A stretch of 64,000 nucleotides of DNA, from NCBI GenBank assembly GCA_004431415.1, contig QPMI01000496.1:611463-675462 (forward strand), given 5' to 3'. Shown piece after piece: positions 12,076 through 26,800 of the stretch. This stretch comes from Cyanophora paradoxa CCMP329 (Eukaryota; Plantae; Glaucophyta). The notes beneath the pieces are model-generated. The model was not told the DNA's origin and did no database searches. It worked only from the letters and a program-made list of their open reading frames with translations. The translations under genes and the position numbers were made by a program. Each line of letters begins with the position of its first letter. The first letter of the stretch is position 1.

Positions 12076-15000
12076 ATGAGCCTCCGCAATACATCGACCT
12101 CTGTTCGCAAGATGGGGGCGCCGGCCGGCAACCGGACGCGCTCCGCGCCGGCGGAGGCAGGTGTCGACCCGAGCGCCGTCGGGCTCACGCTGTCGCCGAT
12201 CGCCTCCCGCTGCCAAGCCGTCCTCGAGAAGCCGTGAGCGCCCGCGTCTGCGTGGCAGAGCGTGCCGCGCCCAATCCCGTGCAGGCCCGCCGAGCGCTCG
12301 GAGCTGGACGTCGAGCAGCTGAGGGACTTCGTTCGGGAGAAGAGCTTCCTGAAGGTTTTCTTCCTTGCCGCCTCTCCCGTCCCCGCCGCTCATCTCCCCG
12401 CTCAGGACTTCGATTACGGCATGTGCGTCGAGCTGCTGCGGCGCGCGGGCGTCGCCGTCGCCCGCCCCGGCGTCCCCATCTTCAAGCAGGTCAGCCGTGC
12501 TCCCGCTGCCACTTTTTCGCTCGAGGCCGACGCGACGCGCCGGCGGCGGGGCAGGGGGACCAGGGCGCCGCGGCGGGGTACGTGGTCCTGCACGGGACGG
12601 TCCGCTGCTTGACCGTGGACGGCCCCGACGGCGATACCCCCGGCCGCACCATCGAGTGGGAATGCGTACCCGGCCAGGGCTTCGGCCACGAGGCCCTCTG
12701 GTCGGCCCCGGGGCCCCGATCCTACTCCGCCTCCGCGCGGGTTCGAATCCCCGCCGTTCCCCTTCCTCGGCGCTCGCGGCCCCGGTTCGACTCCCGCGCA
12801 GGAGCCGAGCCTCCTCCTCACCGTCGACCGCTCCGCCTTCGCCGACGTGATCCGGGTACCCCCGCATCCCGTTTCATGTACCCCCGGCCCGGCCCATTCC
12901 GAGTACCCCTTCCCGGCCAGGCGCGACGGGAGCGGGAGCGGGAGGGGCGCGCCGCAATCCTGAGAGGCTGCGCCGCTCTCTCCGCCGCCTCGGACGCCGA
13001 GATCGCAAGGGTACCCCCCTCGCCTCCAGTGACGCACCGTACCCCGGCTGATCTCCTCCCCCCCTCCACCAAAGATCGCCGAGGACGCGATCGAGCTTGT
13101 CCTCCCTAACCGTCAGGGTACCCGTTTCTGGAATGTACCCCCCCTCGACCCTTTTCCCTCCGACCTTTCGCCTCCTTTCGCTCTCCACAGCGGTGATCCG
13201 GGAGAGGGAGCCTGTCGATGCGGTGTACATCGTAGTCCGCGGCGAGGTGCGCTGTACCCCTCCTGCTTCATCTCCCTTCCGCGTCTTGCCCCCAGGCCCG
13301 AGCCGCGGTTTCCCGCAGCTTTCCGTATCGGCCCGGCGGCCGGACGCCGGGGGAGCACCCGCAGCAGCCGGCGGTCCCGACCTCGCCGTGGGCTCTGCGG
13401 GCTCCGGGGAGCTGGTGAGGGCCCCGTACCCCCGCCCCCCACATCCCTCGTCCCATCCGGGGTACCGATCGCGTCCAGGTGGGCGCCGACGACGCGTTGC
13501 TGAACAGGCGCTCGGCGGTGACCGTTGCCGCGGCCTCCGGCAACGTCGACGCGCTCGCCGTACCCCTCGCCTCTCTCACCTCCCGTACGACCCTTTCGTA
13601 CCCCCCCCCCTCCCTCCAATTTCTCTTTCTCTTTTGACGAGCGTTCGTCTGCAGGCGTCGGGGTGGGCACCCTGGAGCAGCTCCGGGGGGAGGCGTCCCT
13701 TCGGGGGGCCCTGCTGGCCCGCCGCGTTGCCGCCCTGGTTCGAACCCGCGCGGCGCCCCTTTCCACGCCGCGGCCGACTGGCGTCGCCGCAGTCCGCGGC
13801 GCGTGCCGCGGAGGAGGCGGAGGCGGCGGCGCGGGGCCCGGCCGAGCTCGCGCTCGAGCGGTGCGCGGGTTCGGATCGGATCCCCGCTGGGCCCCTTCTC
13901 ACGAGAGGGGCGCAGAGAGAGCCCCACCCATTTCTCCCGCGCGCCGTCCGCCGACGGGGTGCCGCCGCCGCCGGTGTGCCTCGCGCTCCCTCCCTGTGTT
14001 CCGCCCCCTCTCTATGTGACACCGGGCGGCCGCAGCGGCTGCCCCCGACGCCCCCCGACCGGCCCGGAACAGCAACGCCGCACCCCACAGAGCGCGCGAG
14101 CAGCGGTGCGGTCGACCCGTCTCGCCGGTACCCCGGCCGCGCTAAGCGCGCCCGCGCAGCCGCCGCCGCTGCCTCTCTCCTCGCGATCTCGCGCCTGCCC
14201 CCGTCGCCCGCCCCATCCCTCCCCTCCACCGCCACCCCCAGTCTCTCGGCCCGTCGATTTCCGCCCGGTGGACTCCTGCGGGGCGCGGCGCGCTCGAACC
14301 CCCCGCCCGCCCCGCCCCCGGTACCCCCTCCCGTCCCCCGCCCCGCGCAGCGCGCGGTGCGCCCGCCGCCGGAGGCGCCGCGGCCGCCGGCCGCCTCCCC
14401 GCGCGCCCCGCGGCCGCCCCAGCGCTCCGCCCCGCCGTCGCCCCGGAGGCGCCCAGGGCCTCTACCCCTCCGGCCTCGGAGGCCGCCGCGGCGCCCACGC
14501 CGGCTTCGGCAGTCGCGGCCAGCCCCGCCTCCCACTCCGCCGGCCCGGCGTCGGCCCGCCCCACCCCGCCCTCCACACCGCCTTACTCCCTCCTGACCTC
14601 GTACCCCGTCCCGCCTCCGCCCCCCTCCCGACCTTCGTGCCCCCGCCCCTTCTCGACGCCGTGCGCCCCTTCCTGCCCAACCCCATGCCGAACGTCTGGG
14701 GGGTACGAGAGCCTCCCTGGCCCCCTCCCCCCCCGCCCCGCCCCGCTCACGGACTGCAGGTGGGGGTACCGAACGTGACGTCCAGCGTGTCGATCCCGTC
14801 CTGGACCCCCCGGCAGAGGGCGCGGAACGCGGCGGCTGCCGCCATCGCTCGCTACTGGTTCGACTTCGTTCGCCCAACGGGCGACGAGGTGGGTATACCC
14901 CCCAGCACCCGCATCGCCCCCGGGCTGCCCGACGCCCGCGGCACGACCGGGCCCGTGCCCATCGCCCCGGACGTCATTGCCATACCCCGGCCGTCGACGG

Positions 15001-15257
15001 CCGAGCTCGGGCGGCGCCTGAACGTGACGCTCGGGTCTCACGCCGAGCCCCGATCGCCGCGCGCCCGCCGGCCCCGCCCCGACGGGACCGCATGGACGTG
15101 GGGCGTCGGCTGGGCCCCGCCCCCGGCCGGCGCCACCGTGGGGCCCGACCGCGCGGCCACCGCCCCGGCGCCCCCGACGGGCGCGCCGCCACCCCCGGCC
15201 CCGCGGATCACCCGCAAGAAGCTTGGCGCCGGGTTCCAGTACCGCCTCAAGCATTAG
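12076..15257 (+). CDS. Protein with two tandem cyclic-nucleotide-binding (CAP_ED) domains and a Pro-rich tail (multi-exon)
   Basis: Exons read PAERSELDVEQLRDFV / IFKQ|GDQGAAAGYVVLHGTV...GQGFGHEALWSAPGPRSYSASAR / LLLTVDRSAF (CNB1) and VIREREPVDAVYIVVRGE (CNB2). The last exon ends QYRLKH* at 15257. The middle exons are uncertain. Confidence 0.82.
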
Positions 15258-15876
15258 CTGAATTAAGCTTATAGCTACTATAGTAGGCGTAGACTCTGGT
15301 TGATGAGAGTCTTGACTCTTGAGAGTCCTGAATGTTTCATTGATGTTGCAGAAGTGTGACTGTTCGAGAAAAAGAAACGGCGCGGAGTTGCGAACTAGCC
15401 GCTGAGTTCATCAGTCGCGCCGATCGCGATTCGTGACTCGCGAGTGGTCCCACTGGTCCGGTACGGCGGTACGGGTACAGCCAACCCACTGGGTCTGGAG
15501 CAGCGGATCGGAAGGAGCGCCGGAGTCTTGTTTTGCCTAGCGCGCAGTATATATGCTGCTCGTCCGGCGTCTTCAGTTCTAGGAGCTAGGCCCGGAGCGT
15601 GACCAGCCTGGCAGCGAGCGCGCGTTTCCTAAGAGCCTCGGAGCTGTTGCGGCCGTCGACTGCGCAGTCGCGTCACGAACTCCTCTCGCCGTCTAGGAGC
15701 TCAGGCAAGAACAATAGCCGGATCCCTCCGCTGGGAGGACGGTGCCCTCGGCTCTAAGCACCTGGCACCAATTGCAAGGAGTGCGCGACTGCCCGGCGGA
15801 TCCGGACCAGCAACATCAGCGGCGGGACTCCGACAGTTTGCTACTTACTTTACGCTTTGGACTGCCGACCGCGAGG

Positions 15877-18819
<2,943 letters not shown>

Positions 18820-19197
18820 CTAGTAACCATGCAACGCCTTCCGTTTCTCTGTTATAGACCGCTTCTAGGCTACGTACACAGCTTAAGCTTCGTGCTTCTT
18901 TAAATGAACCTCGTAATGAATTAGGATTTTTTCATTCATTAAAGAGTCTTTCAACTATTTTGCATTCCACGCGACATCGATCCCTCGCCGAGTCGGAGTA
19001 CACAGTACGTGTGACAGTCTAGTGTGCGTTTGTATGTAACTTAGTCATAGTATGGGTGCTGGAGATTGCGCGTATTCTTAGTTGTTAGCTTAAATATATT
19101 GCTTCAATTTTTGTATTAGCTATATATGTAGGCTATTGTTAGCTATTGGTCTTATTTTTGAGAGACTACGGTGGGGCGAACCCCCCGTAGGTAGTGA
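18820..19197 (-). mobile_element. Putative short non-autonomous Helitron-like element
   Basis: On the minus strand it starts A|TCACTACCTACGGGGGGTTCGCCCCACCGTAGTCTCTCAAAAA (TC start after A). It ends with a small hairpin AACGGAAGGCGTT, a 9-nt spacer and CTAG|T. The same 5' sequence recurs at 22493. The interior is AT-rich. Confidence 0.42.
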
Positions 19198-19419
19198 TAC
19201 TTAAGCTTGTTGCACTGCGGCAAAAAAGTATACGTTTCTATTATCAGAACTAGTCATCATGGCATTACTACAAAAGTTACGACGTCGACTGCTGATCATG
19301 ATGGCCAGCGCTTATAACTTAGCTGCGCATGCAGTTGCAATTGCAGGCGACTGCAGCTGCAGCTGCATGCGCAACGCATGCCGCTGCATTGCCGCAGTGC
19401 TCAGTTGCCAGCTCAGCGG

Positions 19420-19790
19420 CTGAGTGCAGCTGCGCATGCATGCAGCCGGCGCCTGGCAGCGACCATCGGACCGCCGCAGCCGGATCCGGAGTCGCGGTAC
19501 CGGTCGGGCCAGCGCCGGCGCGCGTCGCGCGCGGACTCCGGGAGTCGCGGACCGGCGCCGGCCGCGGCCGCGGTACGCAGTCGATCGCGCGATCGACGTC
19601 CGACGGTCGCATGCGCAGGGCGCGCGCGCGGACACATCGATAGGCGCCCGGCGCGCGCGCCCGGCAGTGCATGCGCAGCGCTTGGGCAATGAACGTTCTC
19701 CTTTTTTGTTATTGGGGGGTATCTCGAATTCGATCGCGAGGCGAAACACGTGTTTCGGCCGCCTGGCGCTCGGAGCGGAACTTCGGCTCG
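19420..19790 (+). repeat. Dispersed repeat, copy A (copy B at about 29255-29595)
   Basis: Shares blocks such as CTTGGGCAATGAACGTTCTCCTTTT, AAACACGTGTTTCGGCCGCCTGGCGCTCGGA and GGGAGTCGCGG...ACCGGCGCCGGCCGC with the 29.3-29.6 kb copy. Confidence 0.85.
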
Positions 19791-20638
19791 CCAGGCGGGG
19801 CGGAGGCGCGGCGGGCGGCGGCGCGGCTCGACGGGCAGGGCGGAGGCGCGGGCGGCGGCGCGGCTCGACGGGCAGGGCGGGGCGGAGGCCGCGGGCGCGG
19901 CAGGCGGCGGCGTGGCTCGCCGGGCGGGGCGTAGGCGCGGCGGGCGGCGGCGGGGCGACGGGCGGGGGCCGGGGGGGAGGGGGGAGGGAGGGAGGGGGGG
20001 AGGGAGGGGCCGGGAGGCCCCGGGGGGTAGGGGGAGGGGGGGAGGGGGGGCCGGGGGGGCGGACCGGAAGCGCGGCGGGCGCCGGCGGCGGCGCGGCTCG
20101 CGATCGACAGGCGCGGCGGAGGCGCTGCGGGCGGCCGGCGGCGGCGCAGCGCGCAGAGCTTAAAATTTTAAATATGTTCTCTGCGGCCTTTAATTTCCAT
20201 TTCGCGCTGCTTCTGCGAGCATCAGCTGCAGATACTACTATGATATCCCGATTCCCGAGTCCGGAACTGCCGCACGCGCAGTGCACGTGCGCATGCGCTG
20301 ATGATGCGCATGCTCTGCGCTGCTGCTAAGACTGCGCATGCATGACGTCGACGTCGCCGCCTCGGCCTCCTGCGACTGCGTCTTCTAGTTCTGCTGTTAG
20401 CTCAATCTTGTCGTCTTCGTCTAGATCTTCGTCTTCGACTGTACATGTAGTTCCTCGTGCTCGAGCTCGTTCTCCTTATTCGCTGCGTCCCCGTGCTCCT
20501 CGTCGTTCTAGCTATATATAGTTCTTCTGCGTCGACGTCCTTGAGCTCTTCTACTCCTTCTCTTCGTGCTCGTTCTCCTTATCTTTTGCGTTCTTCTGAT
20601 CGTGTCCCTTCTCGTGATCCCTCTTGATTCTATATATA

Positions 20639-22447
20639 ATATTTTGTGCTAGTTTACTGTATCTTGATTCTATATATAACAAGCGAGTCCCTGCGCATGC
20701 GGAGCAGGAGTGGCCTTGGGTCTTGGGGCTTCAAGGCGTGATGGTGGCAGGTCTTTGTTTTTAAACGGGGGCCCGCAACCGCGCGCGGTTACGGGCGAGG
20801 GGGGAGGATCCGGAGAAATAGGCCAGGGGGGTCCACTCGGCAAGCCGTCTTTGAGTGAATTCGCACACACCGAGACAATACGGCTAAAGGTAGAACTGAG
20901 GTGTCCGTAAAGTGTCAAGTCGAAAGATGAGCCTACTGGTTACGCCGTGTAGGGAACCTATCAGCCATGGGACAGGCTTAGGGTGGAGCTAATTATAATC
21001 AAGGAGACGTAAACTAAAGCAAAGCTAACCCAGAGCATAGATCTAGGGCTACTACGTATACATCTAGCCGAGCTCAGGACTAGTCTACAGGGAGGACTAG
21101 TACTACCCAGAGGTCTACGGGAGGGATCCGGAGGAAAAATAAATCACTACTGCTACTAGTGTTGCCTGCCTAGGGGCCGTCGGGACGTCCGGGGCTCGCG
21201 GGCTAATCTACTATACTGTAGGAAAAGCCTGGATCGGACGGGCCCGCGGTCTAATCTGCCTACTCTCGACGCGGCCGCAACTAGTGCTAGCGCGGCGGGC
21301 TCCGCGTCGAGGGGACCGCTCGCCCGAGTCGCAGGTGGAAGCACGTCGGCGTAGAGGGGCCGAGGGGATTGAGGCGGGGAGGGATGTCGCCGGGAAGAGG
21401 TGGGGCGGGGTGGGGAACGTCGGCGCCGGCCGGGGCGGGGAGGGGGAGGGTCTGACTTCGCGGTCAGCAGGGCTTCCAGCCTCGAACCAGCCGCCGCACC
21501 CCCGCCGCGGGCAATTGCGAGCCCCCCTCCGCGGCGGTCCTTCAACCCACGGTCTGGCGCGATGGCCGGGGTATCTGGTGGGTGCAACGACCAGCCGAAG
21601 CCTTCCGCCTAGCCTTCCGGACCGATCCGGTCCATCGTTTCCTCCCTGTCGAGGCGCGAGGAGCGTGGGCGAGGCCGTGAGTGGGAGACAGGGTCAAGAG
21701 AGCGAGCGGGAGAGCGGAGCGGGCCGGGAGAAGGAGGCAAGGCAGGCGCTCGCTTGGGCGGAGGGGCCCAGCGAGTCGGTCGGGGCGGCTATATCTATAG
21801 CTAGTGTGTGCGAGGCTAAGAGTAGATCAGGGAAGTTTCTCGAGGACTAGGTATGGTGAAGTAGTAGCTATAGGTAGGTGGTGTCGAGAGTCTCCTCCCG
21901 ACGTAGGCCCCCCCCCCGCCCCCCCCCCTCCCCCCCTTTCACGACTCGGGGTACCGTTTAGAGCGGGCTAGGATGTGACTCCCACGGGCGTACCTTGACG
22001 CAATCGTAGCTATAGAGCTCTTGGGCGCGGAGCGCCGCCTTCCAGCCCGCGTACTCCGGTGGGCAGTCTGCGTTCCGAGCGGCGTTGAGTAGATTGTGAA
22101 GGCGAATCGGCCCGTCGACGTCGCAGCCGACTCGCAGGCGGCGCATGCGCACTGCGGCAGACTTCATTACAGGTCCGGGGGCCGCCGGGCCGCGGGCCCG
22201 CTCTCGCGATCGGGCGCGGGCGCCCGTGCGGGGCGCGCGGGCGCGGTCGCTTCTTTGAGGCCTGGCCCACGGCCAGTGGGAGATGCGGCAGTCGCGTTCC
22301 CATTCCGCGTTGATTTCGCAGCGGCGTGACCAGCTGCAGAGGCGCAGTTTGAAATCCCGGACAGGACAGGCACAGACCTAATTATAAGGGCCTCTCCTTT
22401 CCCCAAGGCCGATATTTTGTGCTAGTTTACTGCATGTATCTTTGATT
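20639..22447 (-). pseudogene. Decayed, intron-containing gene or TE relic between ~30-bp direct repeats
   Basis: Protein-like minus-strand fragments (MRRLRVGCDVDGPIRLHNLLNAARNADCPPEYAGWKAALRAQELYSYDCVK; EETLDTTYL*LLLHHT*SSRNFPDLLL) are broken by many TAG stops. The repeat ATATTTTGTGCTAGTTTACTG...TATCT occurs at 20639 and 22412. No family recognised. Confidence 0.5.
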
Positions 22448-22646
22448 TGTGATTGCTTTGCCAGAGCTGTTGTCCTTAATATCACAGTATTATCACTACC
22501 TACGGCCAGGCTACCGGTACCGTAGTACGGGGGGTTCGCCCCACCGTAGAGTCGGCGTAGACTCCGTAGACTACCACTGGGCCACCGCAGTCTCTCAAAA
22601 AACCAAAAAAAAGACGTCGACGATAAACTTTGTCAGAACTCGGAAT

Positions 22647-22997
22647 TAGGGCACTGGCCGGCGGCCAAGCCGGCTAGCTAGCCGGCCAGTTTGGGCCGGG
22701 GGGCGACGGGCTAGGCGGCCGAAACCCCGGCTTGCCAGCCCAGGGGTTTTTCCGGCTTTCTCCGGCTTGTCAGCCAAGTCAGCAAGCCCGGGGCTCGCAA
22801 TCTAGCCGGCGAACGAAGCATAGGTGAAGTAAGCGCGAGCTGCACCAAGCCAGACCAAGCCGTGCTGGCCACCGGTTCCATAGTAACTGGCAATTTTGGA
22901 GCCGCCAAGCCGCTAGGGCCAGCCCCGGTGCAAGCTTTCGGAATTTTGGGCCAGCCCCGGTGCAAGCTTCTAGACCCGCCGGCCAGCTAGTGCCCTA
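22647..22997. mobile_element. hAT-type MITE (351 bp)
   Basis: TIRs TAGGGCACTGGCCGGCGG (22647) and CCGCCGGCCAG[CTAG]TGCCCTA (ends 22997). An 8-bp TSD CTCGGAAT lies at 22639-22646 and 23004-23011; the right copy is displaced by a 6-nt insertion. Confidence 0.75.
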
Positions 22998-23061
22998 CTC
23001 GAGCTCGGAATTCGAAGCTGGTCAAAAAAGGAAAAAAAGCGCCGATCGGAGCTCGAGATCT

Positions 23062-23177
23062 ATGGGTACGCGATACGTAAACTCCGATCGATCCGCACCG
23101 GACCGGTACCGGTACAATGGGGGTACATGTACATGTATTCTTCTAAACTCCGATCGATCCGCACCGGTACCGGTACC
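23062..23177. repeat. Imperfect tandem duplication, period about 66 bp
   Basis: TAAACTCCGATCGATCCGCACCGG at 23078 and 23144. Confidence 0.8.
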
Positions 23178-23422
23178 GCCTGGGAGGCTCGAAAGCTTCA
23201 AGGCTTGGCCGGCGCGCGCGGCCGCGGCGCCCCCGCCGCCGGGGCCGCCGGGCCGGGCGGGCCGCGGCCGGGGCGCGGCCGGCGGCCGCCGGGCCGGCGC
23301 CGGCCGCCGCCGGGCCGGGCCGCCGGGCCGGGCCCCGCGGTACCGGCGCCCGGCGCGCCGCCGAGAGTCCGATCGCGAGACCAACGGCGCCGACTCGGGC
23401 CGACTAGCTCCGCCGACTCGGC

Positions 23423-23458
23423 GCCGAGCCGCTGAGCCGCGGAGCTCAGCGGCTCGGC
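23423..23458. other. Perfect 15-bp stem hairpin
   Basis: GCCGAGCCGCTGAGC-CGCGGA-GCTCAGCGGCTCGGC. Confidence 0.85.
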
Positions 23459-23898
23459 TGACTACACATGTACAAGCCTTGAAGCGTTAACTTGTTAAGC
23501 CTGATCATGAAGTTCACAAGTTGAATCACAACACACCGCTAGCGCACTGCGGCCGCCGGGCAAGACAGCCGCTGAGCAGTGACTCAGTGAGCACTGAGCA
23601 CTGCAGCTGCCGTTCTTCAAGCCCGGCCTTGAAGCCTGAACTTCGGAAGCTTAAGGCTTCTCGCCGGCTCAGCGGCTCGCAATCAGCCTGGCAGGTTGGA
23701 CAGCAGTTAGCCTAGTAGCTCAGTGACTATCGACGTCCGTGCGTGCATCCCCGCACGTGGACATATATTCCCGGCGGCCCGCGCCTGGACCGCCATCGGG
23801 CCCATGCATATGGCCAGCGGCCGCCAATTGCGTTCGCCCCTCACTGATCGCTCAAGCGCTCTCTGCTTTCACATGTACAGCACCGAAACACGACAGCG

Positions 23899-26800
23899 AT
23901 GAGCACCGATGTGGATCCCTCGAGCCCCTACCCCATTGCGAAGGAGTGAGCCCATGCGCAGCTTCAGACGCGTACGGTCACGGCCGCAGACGCCTGTCCG
24001 CGCGCTGTTAATGATAATGAAGCGCCTGACCATGAGTTCTATCGCAGACCTCCAGCGCTAGCGCCCGTTTCGATGAACGTATCCAAGTTTCGCGATGCTT
24101 CGGCTTCGTCGACGCGAGCGGATCAGTGGGTCAAATTTGACGGCATGGTTGGGTACACAGTGAGGGCCTGGCCGAGTGTGGCCGTCGGTGAGTGATTCCG
24201 GGCCCTCGATACGCCTGCCCGGTCGCGATCGCTCTCGTTACGAATTCCTGCCAGATAATACGATGACTGCGCGCGCTTTTTACGAGGATGGAAAGACTGG
24301 CTACTACGACTACAAGAAGACGTGCTGGTTCGAAAGCCTCCCCGGAAGTCAAGATCCGGGGGCGTCTTGGACCGTCAACCTCAAGGGCGAATTTTTCGTC
24401 GACAACGTGCAGATTTACTCGGTGTGCTTACCCTTTCCACTTCCCCCCGTCCACCTCCCTCGTCCTCCTTTAGCGCGCCGTTCCACTGCGATCGTCCAAT
24501 CATTGCAGTCCTTCTAAGGCTTTGTACAGCCGTCCATCCGGGACCCCAGCACAGGGATGTACCCTCCAACGCTCAAAAACTTTTACGTGGAGTACCTCAA
24601 AGACGGCCAGACGGTGAGCAGCAGAAATTTTCCCGCCATACGTATAATTTTCGCGATCGACAGGTTCACAAGTCGGACCTCATCACGTCCACTGATCCGA
24701 AAATGCAATATGACGCCTCGATTGGCAGCTATGTGTACGAGCAAAAGCCTAGTGGCGCTTTGCTAAACGAATACGGCGCCCTCAATGACGGCGTGGCGAC
24801 GCTCGGTGCGGGTGGATTGAGATCTGCGATCGCGATCGCGAGCAGAATATAGATTCGAGATAGGGATGATATTTCCTGCTCACTAATCGAGTCACGTGCA
24901 TGCGCGTGCAGCCGATGCGGTCAAGATATCGCTCGCTCCTGGAGAGACCGGTGCGCACGCGCGTGGGATACTCTGAAAATAGCGGGCAGGCATAGCTATA
25001 GTGACTAGTACTGCCCTGACGCCCGGTGCTTCCGTCTTTAACTCGGCCTTATGTCACCTGCGCAGGGTCGCTGAAGCTGGTTGAGGTCAAGGTGAACGGT
25101 GCACATACATGTACATCTAGATCTCGCGATCGATCGAGCTGGCGGAGGTTCGATCGCCCTTCCTAATTATAACGTCGTCTGCTTTCCAGCACTGGACATG
25201 GCTGGCGTGGATAACCTTGCGCTTGGCAAACCGGTCACCGTCTTTGGCACTCCCTGGTACGATAAGACCCCCGCCTCCGTACTGACTGGTGCGGTTCCGA
25301 AAGCCTGCTTTTGAGCGTGCGTGAAGGCGGGGTGATTCGTTTTTTGCAGATGGTCGAAACCTGGAAGAGACATTGGAGTGGGGTACTGTCTTAAGCCTCG
25401 GCAGCCATTACGGAAATGGGAGTTGGGGGACCCCTGTCGTCCCCGTGACCCCTTGGGCTTCAGTGAATTTAGAGGTGCGAGTACTAGTCGCCGAAACGTT
25501 CCGAAAATCAGCGTCAACGTCAACGTTGCAGCGTACGTATACCTAAACCTGTCGCAGTCGGACTGTTCCATCTCGAAGGTGGCAATTCACAGGCCGGCCC
25601 AGAATTTAGCAACCAACGACCTGAGTGCGTTCGGTTGCATGCATATGCTTTCCATCTTTTCGCGATCGCGATCGTTTTCATCACGGGATTCTTGGATCAT
25701 CTTTCCATCTTTTTGCGGATTGGATTCTATAACTGACCGATCGTGCAGATTTGCTCAAGAACATCAAAATCGAAGTCCTCAATGATGGCGAAGTGGTACG
25801 CTGAACACCGCTGATCCTCTAGCTCTAGATCTAGATCTGGCAGGATCTAGATCTAGAGCTCACATGCTGCAGGTCCACTCTTCTGACCTCATGAGCTGCG
25901 ACGCAACGTTCAGCGTGTGCTCTGTCCCGATCGATTGGGATTACGGATACAGAAACGCCTTCGCCTACAACCTCCCTTCGGCTGTCATCGGTACGTACGT
26001 ATATATACGGATCGCAGGATCCGTACGCGTGCACGAAAGACTGCAGCTCACAAAGCGGTTCGGCAGGCGATGAGGTGAAGGTCGTCGGGGATATTTCAGG
26101 TGGCGCTCAGATCTGTTTATCGAAGCCACCTCCCGATCGCGATACCCTCGAAAATGCAGGATCGGATGTGTTGATGACCGAGCTCCGTGTCTTTGGCAGC
26201 TCGATCTCGCCCGGTTCGTTTGCATGCGCAGATTGTCCTGCATTATATGTACCGATGCTCCAGCGCGACGCCGGCGCCGCTGTCGCAGAGATGTTTAACC
26301 TCTCCTACGGGAAGCCCGCGACTTCATCAAGCTTCTGTACGACTTGAGCTTCCTGTCGTCGATCGCGCGTGTCGGTGATTTGTACACGCAGATCGGACAT
26401 CCAGTGAGAGCGGGCCAGTCAACGCTGTCGGTGATCTCTTTTTGCCTCGCGGTCTCGATTTCTCGTTACTGACTCTGCAAGCTTGATCACAGATGGAAAA
26501 GGTTGCTCTATATCCGCGCATCGCCCGCTTGCATTAAATATTCTTCTGTTTCTGAACCCGCTGCCTCCCCCCAGGACTGCACGGCAAATACTATGGAGTC
26601 GTATCGGGAACGAACACGTACAACACCTTCCACAGTTCCACGAGCGATAGTGCCCCGTGGGTAGAGGTCGACCTCCAGGTTCAAACGACTCTGTTCAAGT
26701 TCAGGCGCTGGTCTTGATCTGATCACGACCGCTTCCTTCAAACGCACAGAGAGACTCCCTGATCTCGGAAATTGACATTTACAACGTGCGTGGGTCTGGG

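Noticed and set aside
22494-22498. CACTA (EnSpm) transposon terminus
   Set aside because: The two CACTA/TAGTG words do not enclose a common element and no matching partner TIR with a 3-bp TSD was found. The A|TC Helitron reading fits better but is also unproven.
19160-22597. A single 3.4-kb Mutator-like element with GAGAGAC terminal inverted repeats
   Set aside because: There is no direct TSD, and the similarity extends outward past GAGAGAC, so these look like the ends of two separate elements.
23404-23458. Minus-strand Helitron 3' end (15-bp hairpin followed by CTAG|T)
   Set aside because: The spacer is long, CTAG is common in this region, and no matching 5' end was found. Kept only as a hairpin.
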